A stretch of 63,605 bases of DNA, counting the filler, from Bigelowiella natans CCMP2755 (taxonomy: Eukaryota; Protista; Cercozoa): assembly GCA_000320545.1 (NCBI GenBank). It is 5 parts of 5 records of this genome, joined end to end, with 100 filler letters (N's around TTAATTAATTAA, not from the genome) between each part and the next. Parts side by side here need not be neighbours in the genome. Positions count along the whole stretch, not along the records: positions 5,494 to 32,624 come from ADNK01001822.1; 4 more parts are not named here. One strand, written 5' to 3'. A model generated the notes under the pieces. The model was not told where the DNA came from. It saw only the letters and a program-made list of their open reading frames with translations, and ran no database searches. Of the stretch, positions 13,190 to 26,180 are shown piece after piece (position 1 is the first letter of the stretch; each line of letters opens with the position of its first letter). The position numbers and the translations under genes were made by a program.

Positions 13190-14730
13190 TATAATGTGCA
13201 TGAGCCGACAATTTGATGCTGTCAGCATCAAATTCATCGCTAGTTGTCCTCACACGATTGCAGCTCGAACATACAGGCACTTCACACGTGCAGGTGCATG
13301 CTAGTCCTTGCAAGCATGTACGATGCAACGTGCATCTGCAAGCTACATGCATGGCCAGAGCCACAGAACATGCACAGACGCAGTGGAAATTGAGCACCCA
13401 CACAATGCACACATGCACACGCCACAACACACAACACACACACACACATGCACTACACACACAAAAGCAATGGCAACTTTTCTCTTCGACGATCGAAGCG
13501 CAAATTTAGCAGATGACAGCCTCTCTGGCTCTGCTCCAAATCAGCAATGCACGTGGCTCTCAGCTTCTTTTGTCCATCGTAAGCGATTTCTCTTGAGCAG
13601 CCTTCAGTGTTGGTTGCTCCTGTTGTCAACTTTGTCGTCGTCTCTAGTGACGCAACGGAGCTTAGTTGTTGCCAACCACTGGTGTCAGCTGCCAACGAGA
13701 TCTCACGCCTGAACACACATGCGCCGAGTGCGTGTTCGTGAACGAAGGTGCGAACTGCGGTGCTGCTTTGTCGCATCACTTGTCTAGTTGTGTTCGAGCT
13801 TCAATGAACATTGTCACTGTCACTGGAGGCACAAAGTCCACAGGTGTCAACGCAGGAACAACAAATGAGAGCTCGAACTTGCCGCACAATGCAAGTGACA
13901 TGCCCTCATGCCCTTGCGATGCTGAACGATCGATCCGCACAGTCTGAGCGACTGAGCGACCCTCGACCCCACCTCCTTCCCAACGAAGCAGTAGCTTCCA
14001 TCTTGCAAGCCATGCTAGCATGGCAAAAACCATCACACAGAAGACTGCACTTGTGTGGAAACAAGAAACACTGTTGAACGACCACATTTCAAAAGTGCAG
14101 ACACACGACACTTTGCAAAGTGCGAAGTGCAGTGCCTCGCGAGCTGCATGAACCGCCAGTGAAAACAACGAGGACTCCCTGGTGTGAAAACCAGAAATGA
14201 TGCAAAATTGGCATGCATGACTGCAGTGAGGCAGCACAACTGACAGTCAAGAGGAACGGCGCAATTGAAACTTCTTCCAGAAGACTCTCTCACAGATTGC
14301 GGCGAGCAGCTTCTCGGATTGAGCAGGAGACCATTCTGGCTGCAATTCCTGGAGGCTCAGCGGAGACATCAGGGGGCTCACCTGATGGGACTGGAATGTC
14401 CCATGGCGACGAGTGACTCACCGGCACGAGGAGATGATGAAAGCTAGACTCTTCCCAAAGGTGTTGGAAACGTCAGGGGATGGCTCACTTGATGGGACTC
14501 CAAGTGGAAAGAAAGAGAGAAACTTGAAGAAGAAGAAGCAGAAGAAGACAATGATGAAAGAGCGCATTCTTAAAACGTTGCAAGACGTTTGCAGTGCACG
14601 AAATGCAGTGTCTCGAACTAGCTCTAGTGAGGACTGGTGAAGGACCAGCAGGATTTGGGTGATGGCACACAGACAAAAGCTGGCGAGCAGACATGGCAGG
14701 CCGTCGTTTGAGAGTTTCTCTGGAGAGCCT
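13190..14730. pseudogene. TpA-depleted degenerate sequence with coding-like relics
   Basis: 7 TA dinucleotides in 13681-14700 by hand count. Fragmented coding-like frames on both strands. A degraded microsatellite at about 13400-13460. Confidence 0.5.
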
Positions 14731-14739
14731 CCGTTCCCC

Positions 14740-16059
14740 ATGTCGCCGCCTCCCTTTGTGACTGCTGCTTTACTAGCCCTGGGCTCGTTCTCCATAACTG
14801 CGGCGACAGTCCCGCGTTTTGTAAGGATCTATGGTCAGCAATTCCACCTAGCGGCCACGAACGCGACCATTGTGATGGGTGGTCCCAATATTGTAGTAAA
14901 GGGTCCACCCTACATGCCCTCTGTTCAGGGCTCTACCATATGCAACGACACTCAGGGTGACTGCGAATACCCAAGCTGTCAATCCTGCACGACATTTAAT
15001 CAGGCCGACGTCGATCATATAAAGTCTTTTGGATGGAACATGATTCGCTTGGGAGTAGTATGGGCCGGCGCCCAGCCGAGAGACGAGGACGCACTCGACT
15101 CGGCATTCCTAGAGCGTCTACATGACGTTCTGGACCTCACTGACCGTAACGGAATCCATGTAATACTGGACAATCACGGAGATATGGTAGGATCTGCTGG
15201 CTGCGGGAACGGAGTGCCGATGTGGTTCCAGAAAAAAGCCGCGCCTGATCTCATTGGTAAGCAGCTCGTGACCGGTTTCCCCTACAGCCTCGTCAAGTCC
15301 CTTAACATCAAGAATGTTGGTGGGTACGAACACTGCGGGGACAATGCGACCTTGTGGGCGAAACACGCTGGAGATCCTAATTACAACCTACTGAACGAGT
15401 GCTGTCAGGCAATGAACTCGCCCAATCCGGGCGGGCTCGGCTTCACAACGATCAACCAGAAGACGATGGACTATGTCGTCCAGCCAGGGCCTGGCCGCGA
15501 CCAATTCGTTCGATACTGGGGACTTTTGGCTGAAGCAGTTAAAGATCATCCATCTGCGTTTGGATTTGAGTTGATGAACGAGCCCATGACCATTCGGCGG
15601 AAATGGATGTTTGACGCATGGCGCGCATGCGCGGAAGCAATCACAGCCGTCATTCCAGATGCTTCTGTCATGATCGCGGACATCGGGGAAGGTAGCGTTC
15701 TCCCTTCTTGGATCACGAAGATCACAGGGGGACACGAGGACATTTCGAGTGGGACGATAGAGTGGATCAAGGCTACAAATAATGTCTTTTACGCGTGGCA
15801 CTACGGCAAGGTACCAAACAATATTAAGAACATGCAAGCGATCAGCAAGGAATGGAACATCCCCACCTTTGGCACAGAAACATCATGTGAGCAGTTCGAG
15901 GCTGCTGCAGCCGCGAATATTTCACATAGCTATTGGCACTATTCGAGCTATTGCAATACCGGTCCCTCGTTCGGCAATAGATCGGTTCCAGAGGACACAT
16001 TCGGAGCCTGCATTCTTGGATGGGCTGGAGGAGACTCTTCAAAGTGTGTGAAACAATGA
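14740..16059 (+). CDS. Secreted glycoside hydrolase family 5, endoglycoceramidase-like, intronless
   Basis: Signal-like MSPPPFVTAALLALGSFSITAA; GWNMIRLGVVWAGAQP; ILDNHGD; FELMNEP (acid/base); WHY; PTFGTE (nucleophile). Confidence 0.85.
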   Translation: MSPPPFVTAALLALGSFSITAATVPRFVRIYGQQFHLAATNATIVMGGPNIVVKGPPYMPSVQGSTICNDTQGDCEYPSCQSCTTFNQADVDHIKSFGWNMIRLGVVWAGAQPRDEDALDSAFLERLHDVLDLTDRNGIHVILDNHGDMVGSAGCGNGVPMWFQKKAAPDLIGKQLVTGFPYSLVKSLNIKNVGGYEHCGDNATLWAKHAGDPNYNLLNECCQAMNSPNPGGLGFTTINQKTMDYVVQPGPGRDQFVRYWGLLAEAVKDHPSAFGFELMNEPMTIRRKWMFDAWRACAEAITAVIPDASVMIADIGEGSVLPSWITKITGGHEDISSGTIEWIKATNNVFYAWHYGKVPNNIKNMQAISKEWNIPTFGTETSCEQFEAAAAANISHSYWHYSSYCNTGPSFGNRSVPEDTFGACILGWAGGDSSKCVKQ

Positions 16060-16796
16060 AGGACGACGAGACACAACGTTTTTACATGCCTGTCCTAATT
16101 GTGCATGGATGGCACAATGCACGAAGTACCTTCAATCATTGCATCGGTTGGAATAGGAGTGGTTGTAAATTTTAGCATGCACAGGAGGAATCTTTGCTTC
16201 GCTAGCTTTTGCATGCAGGCGAGCGGGGATCGAAGAGCAGTACATGTTATTTTGACTGATCGACGCTATCTGTTGCAGCATGACTTCGTGCGCACTGTAG
16301 GCGGAGCTCGATCAGTCCTAGAGTCCTCGGTTGGCAGGCGACGAGGTCCGCGCGACCATGTAGCTCATGTACACTCATTTCCTCACTTTCCAACATGATG
16401 CTTGTCTGCGACTGCATGCGCGGACGGCGCTAGGGCGGGGCGGGCGCTACAACAGCAGTCGTACGTGTAAGTATCTTGCTCTGTCGTTAGCGCTGTAGCC
16501 GCGTAGCCGCTGCATTGCATAGCTAGTAGCTACATGAGGATGACCATTGAACAAATTTAATTGATTAATTACATCCGTCGCTACCTTGCTCTCCGTGCGG
16601 AAACTTATACAACAAAGGCATATGGTGAGATAATGTACTATTGCCAACATGTGTACGATATACGCACTGTGATCGCTCGATAGCATGGGTGCAACGGTTG
16701 GGTGGCTCTGCTAATATCGCTCATGTGTCAGCATATTTATTGGTCTTAATGCATTGTAGGATTTTATTAACACATTTTTCAAAACATTTTTAACAT

Positions 16797-19432
16797 TTAG
16801 TTGCCATCCTCTTTCTGTTCTTTCTCGAGGTATTTGTCAATTTGCCCAAGCAGATATTCTGATTCACTTTCAGCATTCACTTCTTCAGCGCGTAGAACAA
16901 TGCATCGAACGCGTTCCTGGCCTTGGTATTCGTCCCTGGAGGCCTTGCAAACAAACTTGTATTCCTTAAAGTTTGCTTTTTTGAATGCCTGCGAGAAGAA
17001 AAACAACCATTAATAATGTAGTTCTTACTCGAAAGAAGTTGACTGAATTATACTTACTGCTTCAAATGCTTTCTCATCAGATTCCATCAATTCCCCAACC
17101 TAAGTTAGAGGTTCATATAAATCTATCTGGAGCAACTCTATCTAAATCTGGTACCTCATCTGCAGTTTTCCCAATTATCTTCACGCCTTGATCGTTGAAG
17201 CAATTCACGTATTGCGAGCCATTTTGGTCAGCCAAGGCAATTCGAAGCAAGTATCGCTTATTGCAGGTGGGATATTCCTAAGCGAGAGCCAGGTGAGAGA
17301 AAATTATCAATGATTCACGATTCAAAATCACCTTATTGCATCCATCGCACATCCAACTTCCTGGAGAACCAGTGACCTTCTTTTTACATTGAACGCAGGC
17401 GTTGTAGAATGGAGGACGATCCTTATTGGCACTAGGTAAGTAAGTAACCAAACAAATATTAGATTTTAAGGTTTATTTCATCACGAGAAATGAAACTTCT
17501 TACTTGATGTAAGCAACACTAGCCCTAGTCTCAAGAACGACAGGCTCAGCAGAATTGCGAGCAATCTCTTCAATTTCATCCACACAAATCCGTTTAGCTG
17601 GGCCAGAACCACTTCGTTGTGTTTTGACGGAGAGGGTTGTAATGTTGCCCCGATTTCCGCTCTCGTTCCATTCGCGAATCCGTTTTGCAGCTTTCGATTC
17701 GGGGTTGACAATGATATCACTTGCAGAGCTGGAGCTCAATGAGCGTCCTGATAAACAATTGTGAACTTCACATGCAACAGCTTGATAAATGTAGGGCTTA
17801 CCATCCCACTCACTGACGCGACACCCAGTCACAGAGATGATGGGTTTGTCGGAAAGGATTTCATCCGTAAGCTGATCCTTTTATTGCGATTGCACGAGAG
17901 TTAGTGTTAAGATTCGACGAAAAAAATGACGACAAAAATAATAATATATTACCCTATCACCCCAGACCGCGATGTCGATTGCAGCATTAGAATCATCTGC
18001 AAGAGTCAACTTGCGACACTTGAGTTCTGAGTTGTTTTTGGTCCTCACAGTTCGCTCCTCGGAGTAATTGGTGACAACTCCGATAACATTTACAACCGCT
18101 CTGATAGCGCACTGTAACATGAAAATTAAGATAAACTCAATACATAAACTCCCAACTACAGCTAATAAGGATAGATACGTACGTTTTGAATGTCGACAAT
18201 CTTCTTGTAGTTGTGCGTCGCCTGACCAATCTTCTCGCTGCCGTCGTCGTCGGCAGGAGCGATCTGTAAAAAAACAGTTAGATCCCAATATTGATTCTAA
18301 GCATTATTTTTTTACCTGAGAGCTTTCGTTGAAAACTATTTCGTAGTTGTTGCTCAAAGTGGAGTACATCTTGTTGGCGAGTTTCAACCTTCCCTGAGAA
18401 AAGGTATATATCTTGCCCTTCTCAAGAACTGGGAAAAACTTGTCTGCTGCTTCGTTGTAAAATGTGGCGCGAATTTCCACTCCCTGAATATATGACATTA
18501 TGAGCTATGGGCGAGAAATTCTTATTGCACAATTTTGGCAAAGAAGTATTACATGAGCGTCGAGGAGGTGTACATTAAAAACTTTTCCAGATCTTCCATT
18601 TTTCATCCATGAGTTCAATTTTCCTTTCATGGTCACGCGGGCCTGTTGTATAGATTCTTAAGTTGTGTACTTGAAGCCTAAAATGATTGATCTGCACCTT
18701 AATTGTCCAATTGCTGCTCCCGTATGGATTCAAGGTTGCGATGGGTTGGTGGTACAGATTTCGTTTAACATCATTTACTTGGACACCTTGGTTCTGTTTG
18801 AGAGCTATTTAAGAATTTAAAAAAATATGATACTTTTTATTGATTTGGACCTCGGTTCTAGATGTGCTTTTGTTCGAAGCAGGACTAGGTGTGGTATATT
18901 CCGCCTTCCCGCTTCCATCTTTTTCAGCGGGCTTGGGGCTTCCAATCCTCTCTTCGACCTCGCTATCCAGAAGTTCGACTTTGGAGAGGATGGCATACAC
19001 CTTCGATCCACACCCATAGTCAGGTCAAAGTATTTATTTGCAAGGGAGATATATTTCTATTTCAACCCGGTTCTGAGTTTCTTTGGCAATAACATCCTCA
19101 GTCTCGATGACGCAATTCGACTTGAGCCCGAGTTCGTCCACTTTCAACTTTTAGCAAATCTCCTTTAGGACAATTTTACTATTAACAAAATATTGATAAT
19201 ACCTTTGGGTCCAAGAAAGCAGGCATGTATTTCTTCCCGTCTGAGATCACAACTCGAACTCCATTCGAGACCTCCTTGACACTTAATACCTATTTGTCAA
19301 TTCCAGGAAATCACACACGCCTTTTTGAAATTCTGTTGCTTAACAAACCTGTAGAATTGCCTTTAGGCCTTCGCATTTTGATGCATTGATTCTGTCAACA
19401 GCTCCATCGGATAGGGTGGGCAAGGTGGACAT
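16797..19432 (-). CDS. RPA1: Replication protein A 70 kDa subunit, multi-exon
   Basis: RVVISDG, PIATLNPY..NWTIK|ARVT, EIRATFYNEAADKFFPVLEKGKIYTFSQGRLKLANK, CRVSEWD|GRSLS, the zinc motif FYNAC..C.KK..C..C, CNKRYLL, YQGQERVRC. Short GT-AG introns. Confidence 0.95.
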
Positions 19433-20030
19433 TTTGATTGCCTCGGGATAATGGCGCGCTCCAGTTCTGGATTTTTATATTCCCAAAGATTGGGCGACAA
19501 TATAAAATCGACCGTATTTCAATAAAGCGACAATAATAATGAATGGAATTTGAACTGTATTGAACAGAAAGAGTCGACCCGACATTCGGATCGATGTTTT
19601 TTTACCCATGTCAATATTTCATTTCACTAAAGATATCCCTGTCGTTTCCAAGAATTCCCAAAGTTTCGCGGGGTTTTGAATAAATTGCGGGAGTGTATAC
19701 CTGCCGATGTTTTAATTTTAGAAAATTCGCAATGTGGTTAATTTAGTGCCTGCGACATCAAGAAATATGCGGACGAATGTGAAGGTCCCTCTGAAGTCTG
19801 AAAAGTACGGGAAGCAGTTTGTTTTTGGATCCTGACAGGTCTTATTTTCGCTACATTTCTTAGGATAAATTTGGTATGAGTTGTTTCCGTATCCACAAGC
19901 CCCTCGCAAACCTGCGGGTTCGCGGTAAAACTGACTGTTCGAAGATTCAGCGGGAAATATCTATAATAATTTACTTCTTATAGTAGGACGTAGCGTTCGC
20001 TTCCAACTTCTTCGTACACCCTAGCCCACT
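19433..20030. promoter_or_regulatory. Divergent promoter with E2F-like sites
   Basis: GCGGGAAA (reverse complement TTTCCCGC) at about 19950, TTTCGCGG at about 19664 and TGGCGCG at about 19452, between the RPA1 and WD40-like starts. Confidence 0.4.
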
Positions 20031-21808
20031 ATGCTGACACGATGCCTTCTGGACCGACAAACAGCGAGGAGGCCATCAAAAAACCGTACGATTCAAAGTA
20101 ATGCCGTCCGAGAATGTCTTTTCCGTCGTTTGGAGCTTAAGGTGCGGTGACCCCGAAATCTAGTTGCAGGAGTTGCAGCTAAAACTTGTCATTTCTCCAG
20201 GAATCTTCAGTGGATTCGAAGCTTTCGTTCGAGCAGGATGAACACAGCTCCTCAAAAATTGTGGAGTTGGTATCTACAGAAGAGTTTCTTATGGCCTTGT
20301 CGGCAGACGGTTGTTGCTTCATCTACGAAAAACGTGCGGATAACCTTTATTCCCTCTCTTTGTGACTTGGTTCTAACCCTGTCCTAAATGGATATCAGGT
20401 AACCTCGAACGACGCCGAAGATTACTCAATCATCCTAATGAATGTGTCCAAAGCTTATTCTACAATCGCAAAAAGAAATCAATTTTATACGTCTACCTAA
20501 AAAGAGATGATCCGCATTGCCGTCTCCGCATATCATCGATTTCGCTTAGGTAACCAACAAAAAAATTAGTAAACATTTCATCATATTATCCGATTGACGC
20601 GTTTGGTGGTTTAGGAATCTGCGACTTCGCCGTCCAACTAATCGCCTGCAAATATTATCGAAAGAGATCCTACATTGTGGCAGCTTTGTAGAGTTCGATC
20701 CAAATAACGAAATTATACTGACTTTTTCCCCCACAAAGAGGTTCGTCAATTTTATCAATCTGTTATACGAAATGATGAGTGTTCCTTTCGGAATTTTCTC
20801 GACACAAATCAGGGTTTTCAAAGTCTGGGACCTGCTAACTTACAAATTGCGATTCTATTTTTCGAGCGAGGAAGTAGAGGAAGTTAAAATAAGGTTGTGC
20901 AATAATGTTCGGTGTCATCGATAATGTTTCTTGAGTTTGATTTTTTTGCAGCCAAGGATTGCTACTGGTTATATACAAGAGAAAGAAGAGCCATGTTTCG
21001 CTGAGAGTTCTATGCGTATTCACCGGAAAGGTAGTTAATAAATGTCTAAATCAATGTATTGTCTACCAAAGTCCTAATGTTTTTCTTCAGGTGCTGAGGT
21101 CCTTAAACCACATGCTTCGACGGAATCGTAAAATTGATTTCATCGATCAATTCCTTGACAAAATTATTCTCAAACAAGATGGAGAATCGATGCAGATTAT
21201 CAATGTCAGAAAACAATTTCAACTCACAGCTGCATCACACCCATCTAATTGACGTTTTTATAACAGCTACGTTCGAAAAAAGTAACAGTGTCACAATTGC
21301 GACGGGCTACTTCAATATTATTTTTGAACAAGACGCCATTGCTTCTAGCTTTTAGGGATAAATCCTTAGAGGCGTGGAAGTTTTCTGGGGAAGATTTCAC
21401 GAGGTAAAATAACATTCTTTTGCCACGCCTAATATTGGGGCACCTGAGAAGAGTTCTTGTAGGATTTCTCTTGAGCAGGAGGCGAGCTTGGTAAAAAGCC
21501 TCACATTATCAAAAGATCAGCGCTATCTTATGCTATATCACAAGGATTCGAAATCAAGAGGTATTTGCAAAGTCTCAAGTGTGTTTTCATTTTCAAATAT
21601 AACCTGTTAATCAGATAGAATTTCAGTATCGGAAATTGAATCTGGGAGGCGAATAGCAACCTTAAAGATTTCTAACTCGAAGATAGATAATAATATGAGA
21701 GTAACTCCCCAACAAACAAGTATTACAGCGATGTGTTACTGTGATGAACGCAATGAATTGTATGTTGGGAGGCGGAATGGATGTGTGCAGCTTTTTGCAG
21801 CTTCATAA
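20031..21808 (+). CDS. WD40/beta-propeller-like protein of a conserved plant/protist family, multi-exon
   Basis: Spliced CVQSLFYN, GSFVEFDPNNEIILTF, VFKVWDL, EVKI|SQGLLLVI, HMLRRNRKIDFIDQFLDKIILKQ, ITAMCYCDERNELYVGRRNGCVQLF. Resembles plant 'transducin/WD40-like' proteins carrying GFVEFD and DFIEQFNEKLLVKQ. Confidence 0.75.
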
Positions 21809-23194
21809 AGACAATGAATTCCTTCTGTACAAACTCCAATCCGTTATAATACTTAAGAGTTTATAGAAGATGCACTGTACATTTACACACTAGGATGCTA
21901 CCCATTTTCCAGACTTGTAATATCACACTTTGTAAAGAAATAGTTAATACGTCCAAGCTAGAGCTAGTAGATAAAACTCATATTAGTAAGAACAACAACG
22001 AATAGAATGTTAATTACAATGCAAATGGACATCATATTCCACACTGTAATTTTCAAATCCGATTCTCGGCTCATTTTGTCATGATTTGGTTTCATTTTTG
22101 CATTAATTTCAACAACGGTAACTTTATCACGGCAATAGTTGAGCACGCACCGCCCACGATAGCATCACATCTGCTTTCAGTCTCATGTGTTTCCTTAATG
22201 CTGCCATTTGCATGAACAAAAACAGCATGGAAATGCTACAATTACGATACTACACATGTGTACGAGCTACATGTGAACTTCTGTGCCTACTACTTCCTTG
22301 TTCGCTCATGAAGTTGTGCGAAGCGGCAGTGCCAGTTTGCACCTAGATCACCCAAATTGTCAATTCCATGTGTGTGTGGTGCCATGTGCTGTGATGGGCA
22401 CGCAGGAGCATCGCACCGCTCATCGTGCTAAAAATTCATCTAGCGACTAGCGACTAGCTAGCTACAAGCTGTGCGGTTCATGCTGCGGCAGCTGCTGCAA
22501 TGTGATGACTTTGCCTAGTTGCGTCTGTGGCGTGCTAGCGGGCCAGACCTACCTGCTAGCCTGGTGCACTCTGTGACGAACAGAATGACTGGTCATGATG
22601 CTTTCATTTTCTGTCACACTAGCCATGACATGCTAGCATGTTGACGAAATTCCGTGGGCTACAACACCACCGAATATTTTTTACATGAATGACTTCTCCG
22701 TAAATCATCAATGAATCGTGGTAGTAAATCCATTGTGGACGCATGATATTTGCATGCTACCGATGTGTTTGCCGTGCCGTGTTTCTCACTGTGTCAGATG
22801 AATCGTTACAAATCGACTTGGATGCAAAATGAAGAGGAACGTGGCTTTAGCTACGCATGTGTAAATTACACGCATGTTTTACTGAGATGGAACTAGTGTT
22901 TAGTGTGTTAGCAGACGCATTTCCTAATCATTAATAACGATACTTGTCTCCTTTTTGGGCTGCTTTCACCATTCTGTCACCGTTGTCTGGGACCAAACAT
23001 GGACACGTACGCTGGATAAATTGGATTATTTATGTGAGTCAATCAGAAGTAGTCGTATTTTGTGGTCAAGCAAAACTGCATGAAAAACTACCTAGATTGT
23101 TCCATTGTTACAAGACATGCATGCATTACTGTTACTTACACACACACACACACACACACACACTATACATATATATAATGTATATATATTATAC

Positions 23195-23235
<41 letters not shown>

Positions 23236-23590
23236 CATATATAATATATATACATTATATATTTTATATTATATATATAATATAAAATATATAATTAATA
23301 ATTATTATTGTAATAATTATTAACATATTTTACATTACAATTATGTGTGTATTGTGTAATGTATATCTTATTATTATTATATTATATATTTTTTATATCG
23401 CACACACACACACACACGTGCACGCATATTGCATCCAGAAAATACGCAAAATTCTAACCCAGGTCAAGAAGCATGGAAGCCAACGTGCACAATTGCAACA
23501 GCAATAATCTGCAATCTGACATTTGAAGTGTGATCAGTGAAGATGCTTGTGTTTCATTCCACTAGTGTCACATGTGTGCACAAATGTGTT

Positions 23591-23635
<45 letters not shown>

Positions 23636-23697
23636 GCATTTTCATTGTTCATTGTTCATGCATGTGCGTGCACATCCTTTCTTCATTTTCTTCCCAC

Positions 23698-24099
23698 TCA
23701 CTCGCGATTCCAGTGCATTGCGATCATCTGAGTCTTTGAGAATGTTCGAAATCGGCCAACAAAGCCACCCGATGACAGAGAACTAAAGAACAGATCATTC
23801 CAACATGTGCACAGTGGACACAGGAGGAAGAAGCAACAACAAGCAGGACCAACATGATCAATGCAACTGACTACCGGAAGACTCAGTGGAACCACAATCG
23901 GGAAGCAAAACAAGCCACAGCACAACTGGCAATTGTACTCCTTGTCGCCGCAAGTGCATGTGCAGTCACATGAATCGTCTGCCCCTCCGTTCAGCTTTGG
24001 GCCTTTGTTGAGCACGAATTCAATGTCGACTTCTTCAACGGCCGTGGCCGCCACACAGCAGGAGGTCGTCGCTGGGACCTGGGAGATGGAAGTGGCCAT
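23698..24099 (-). pseudogene. Cys-rich membrane-protein-like ORF inside a TpA-depleted tract; a likely hypermutated gene copy
   Basis: MATSISQVPATT...DDSCDCTCTCGDKEYNCQLCCGLFCF...: only one Tyr, many Cys/His. About 3 TA in 23700-24280. Confidence 0.45.
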
Positions 24100-25175
24100 C
24101 TGGATGGAGGTTTCCGACGAATGAATCTGTCCAACGCTGTGTGTGCAAAGCTGCCTTCTGTTTTTTGTGCTGCACCACACGGGATGCTGAAAAAGGGAAG
24201 AACATTTGCCCATGCGACACGTTCATGCGCATGCGCACAGACAGAGCCTGCAGCGTTCCAGGACAAAGTCATTGCTCGGATGAAAAAATAGGACGAGCGC
24301 CTTGCATTAGTTTTGATTAGTGAGTTTGTCTATGTCGCAGATAAAATCTTAACTGCATTTTCCTTCGTACAACTAGCCGGAAATATCTGTTTGAGAGAGG
24401 ATGTGTTTCTCCCTCCGCGACAACGCTACATGAGGTGCGTCTGGGTTAAAAAATTCGTTGGATAATATTAAGTCGCTCCACATTCAAACCGTTCAAAATA
24501 GGCACTGTGCAATGGAGAGAATCTTTTGAGTAGATCTAGGGTAGCTGTGCCGAGTGCCTTGGTGAGGGTGAGTCGTACATTTTGGAGATTTAATTATTTG
24601 ATTAGTCTCTAATTCCCATATGGATTAACATGGTTGAGGGGGTCGAAATTGCTAGTAATCGTGTTTTTGGTGAGAAAGTATTGATAGCTTCTTTTTTAAC
24701 AGGAAGATCGCCGCGATGGCGACGCGTGCAATGGTGAAGATCATCATCATTTTTTGCTACATTTCCACGGTTAGAAGCTTTCGTCAAGACAAACACCTTG
24801 GGAAAACGACGGATTTGACGTTCACAAGATCCAAAGACCACCGGACCGACCCTTCAGCGTGCCCTTGCACGTCGGGAACGGGAAATGAAACGAATCCTGA
24901 GGAGGGCAAAAAGGGAAACAGAAAAAAAATAAAGAAGAATCATGAGAAAGGGAATAAATCATCTAAAAGACGACTGCCTCACGTAATATTTTCAGAGAAA
25001 GCGATTTTTTCATTGAGCGTGATCGAATCCTATTTGTTCTCAGGAACCGACAGTCTTATCGAGTAGAGAACCCAAAGTTCATGCCGGGAATCAATGGGAT
25101 CTTATTGGATACTGGGAAGGTTCTTTTTGCTTGATTAATTGTATTATTCAAAATTCGGTCATAGTTATCGTAACG

Positions 25176-26180
25176 ATGCCAAACAATCCCTTCCATATAT
25201 TTCCAGGATATGCAGAAAATGGAGCCAAGCCATACCCCATTCAACATGTTCCAAATGACGTTAAGTATATACCAATTGCGTTTATTGCCCCAGTGCCAAT
25301 AGAAGGGGATGCGCACAAGAAGGCCACTGGTTGGGAATTCGATCGGACTTTCGCGTTCACACCGGAAGAAATAAAAGAAGGGATTAAAGAGATCAATGCT
25401 CGTAATAATGGCCAGGAAGTGTTTTTCTCCCTTCTAGACACACCATCAACACACTGGAATGCTATAGATTACGATGGATTTGCAGAAAACATTGTCAAGG
25501 GGGCGAGAGAATACGGTGTCAAGGGCTTCGATATTGACATAGAATCGGGCATGCCTGGGAATGAATTTACAACAGCTTTCGTAAATCTGATTAAGGTTCA
25601 TCTGATTAGATGTGCTAATGATTAATTAATAGTTTTCAGTGACCAAGTACTTTTTTCATAGGCTCTAAAAAAGGCTGGGCCAGAGATGAAGATAACGTAT
25701 GTCACGATGGGAAGTTCCTATGATGAGGACATTCTAAAGGAAACGAAGCACTTGCTCGAATATATAACCACAATGCGATATTGGGATGGCCAACAAGATT
25801 TGTTCAAGCAATATGCGGCAATCATTGGCCCGGAGAAAGTTGGAATCGGGGTAAAAACACAGGAAACTAGTTTGGATATGGTAAGGGCAATCGCGAAATT
25901 TTCACGGAGCCAAGGCAGTGAGCTGATGATGCTATGGTCACTTACACGCGATGTACATGGTTGCTCGGGTTACAAGGATGGCAAATGGCGAAAAGAATAC
26001 ATTCACGAGTTCCAAAAAGCATCGGTTGTGAAAGCATCCTCGAGCTCTAAGAATTACTTCCATCGACATCACAAGAACAAGACAGCATCAGAGCAGAAAG
26101 CTCTCACCACGAAATTGAAGATGTGGTCTACTAGTGTGACAAGCCTCCGCAGCAGAACGTATACTTGCCATGTTGAGTAG
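25176..26180 (+). CDS. GH18 chitinase/narbonin-like protein; exons 25176-25595 and 25662-26180
   Basis: YIPIAF, VFFSL, YGVKGFDIDIE (catalytic DxDxE), TMRYW, KVGIG, MMLWSLTRD. The phase-0 GT-AG intron joins the two ORFs. Confidence 0.85.

Noticed and set aside
13190-14730. Fungal-type RIP or CpG-methylation decay as the cause of the CA/TG richness
   Set aside because: CpG is retained and TpA is lost, whereas RIP would increase TpA and CpG decay would remove CpG.
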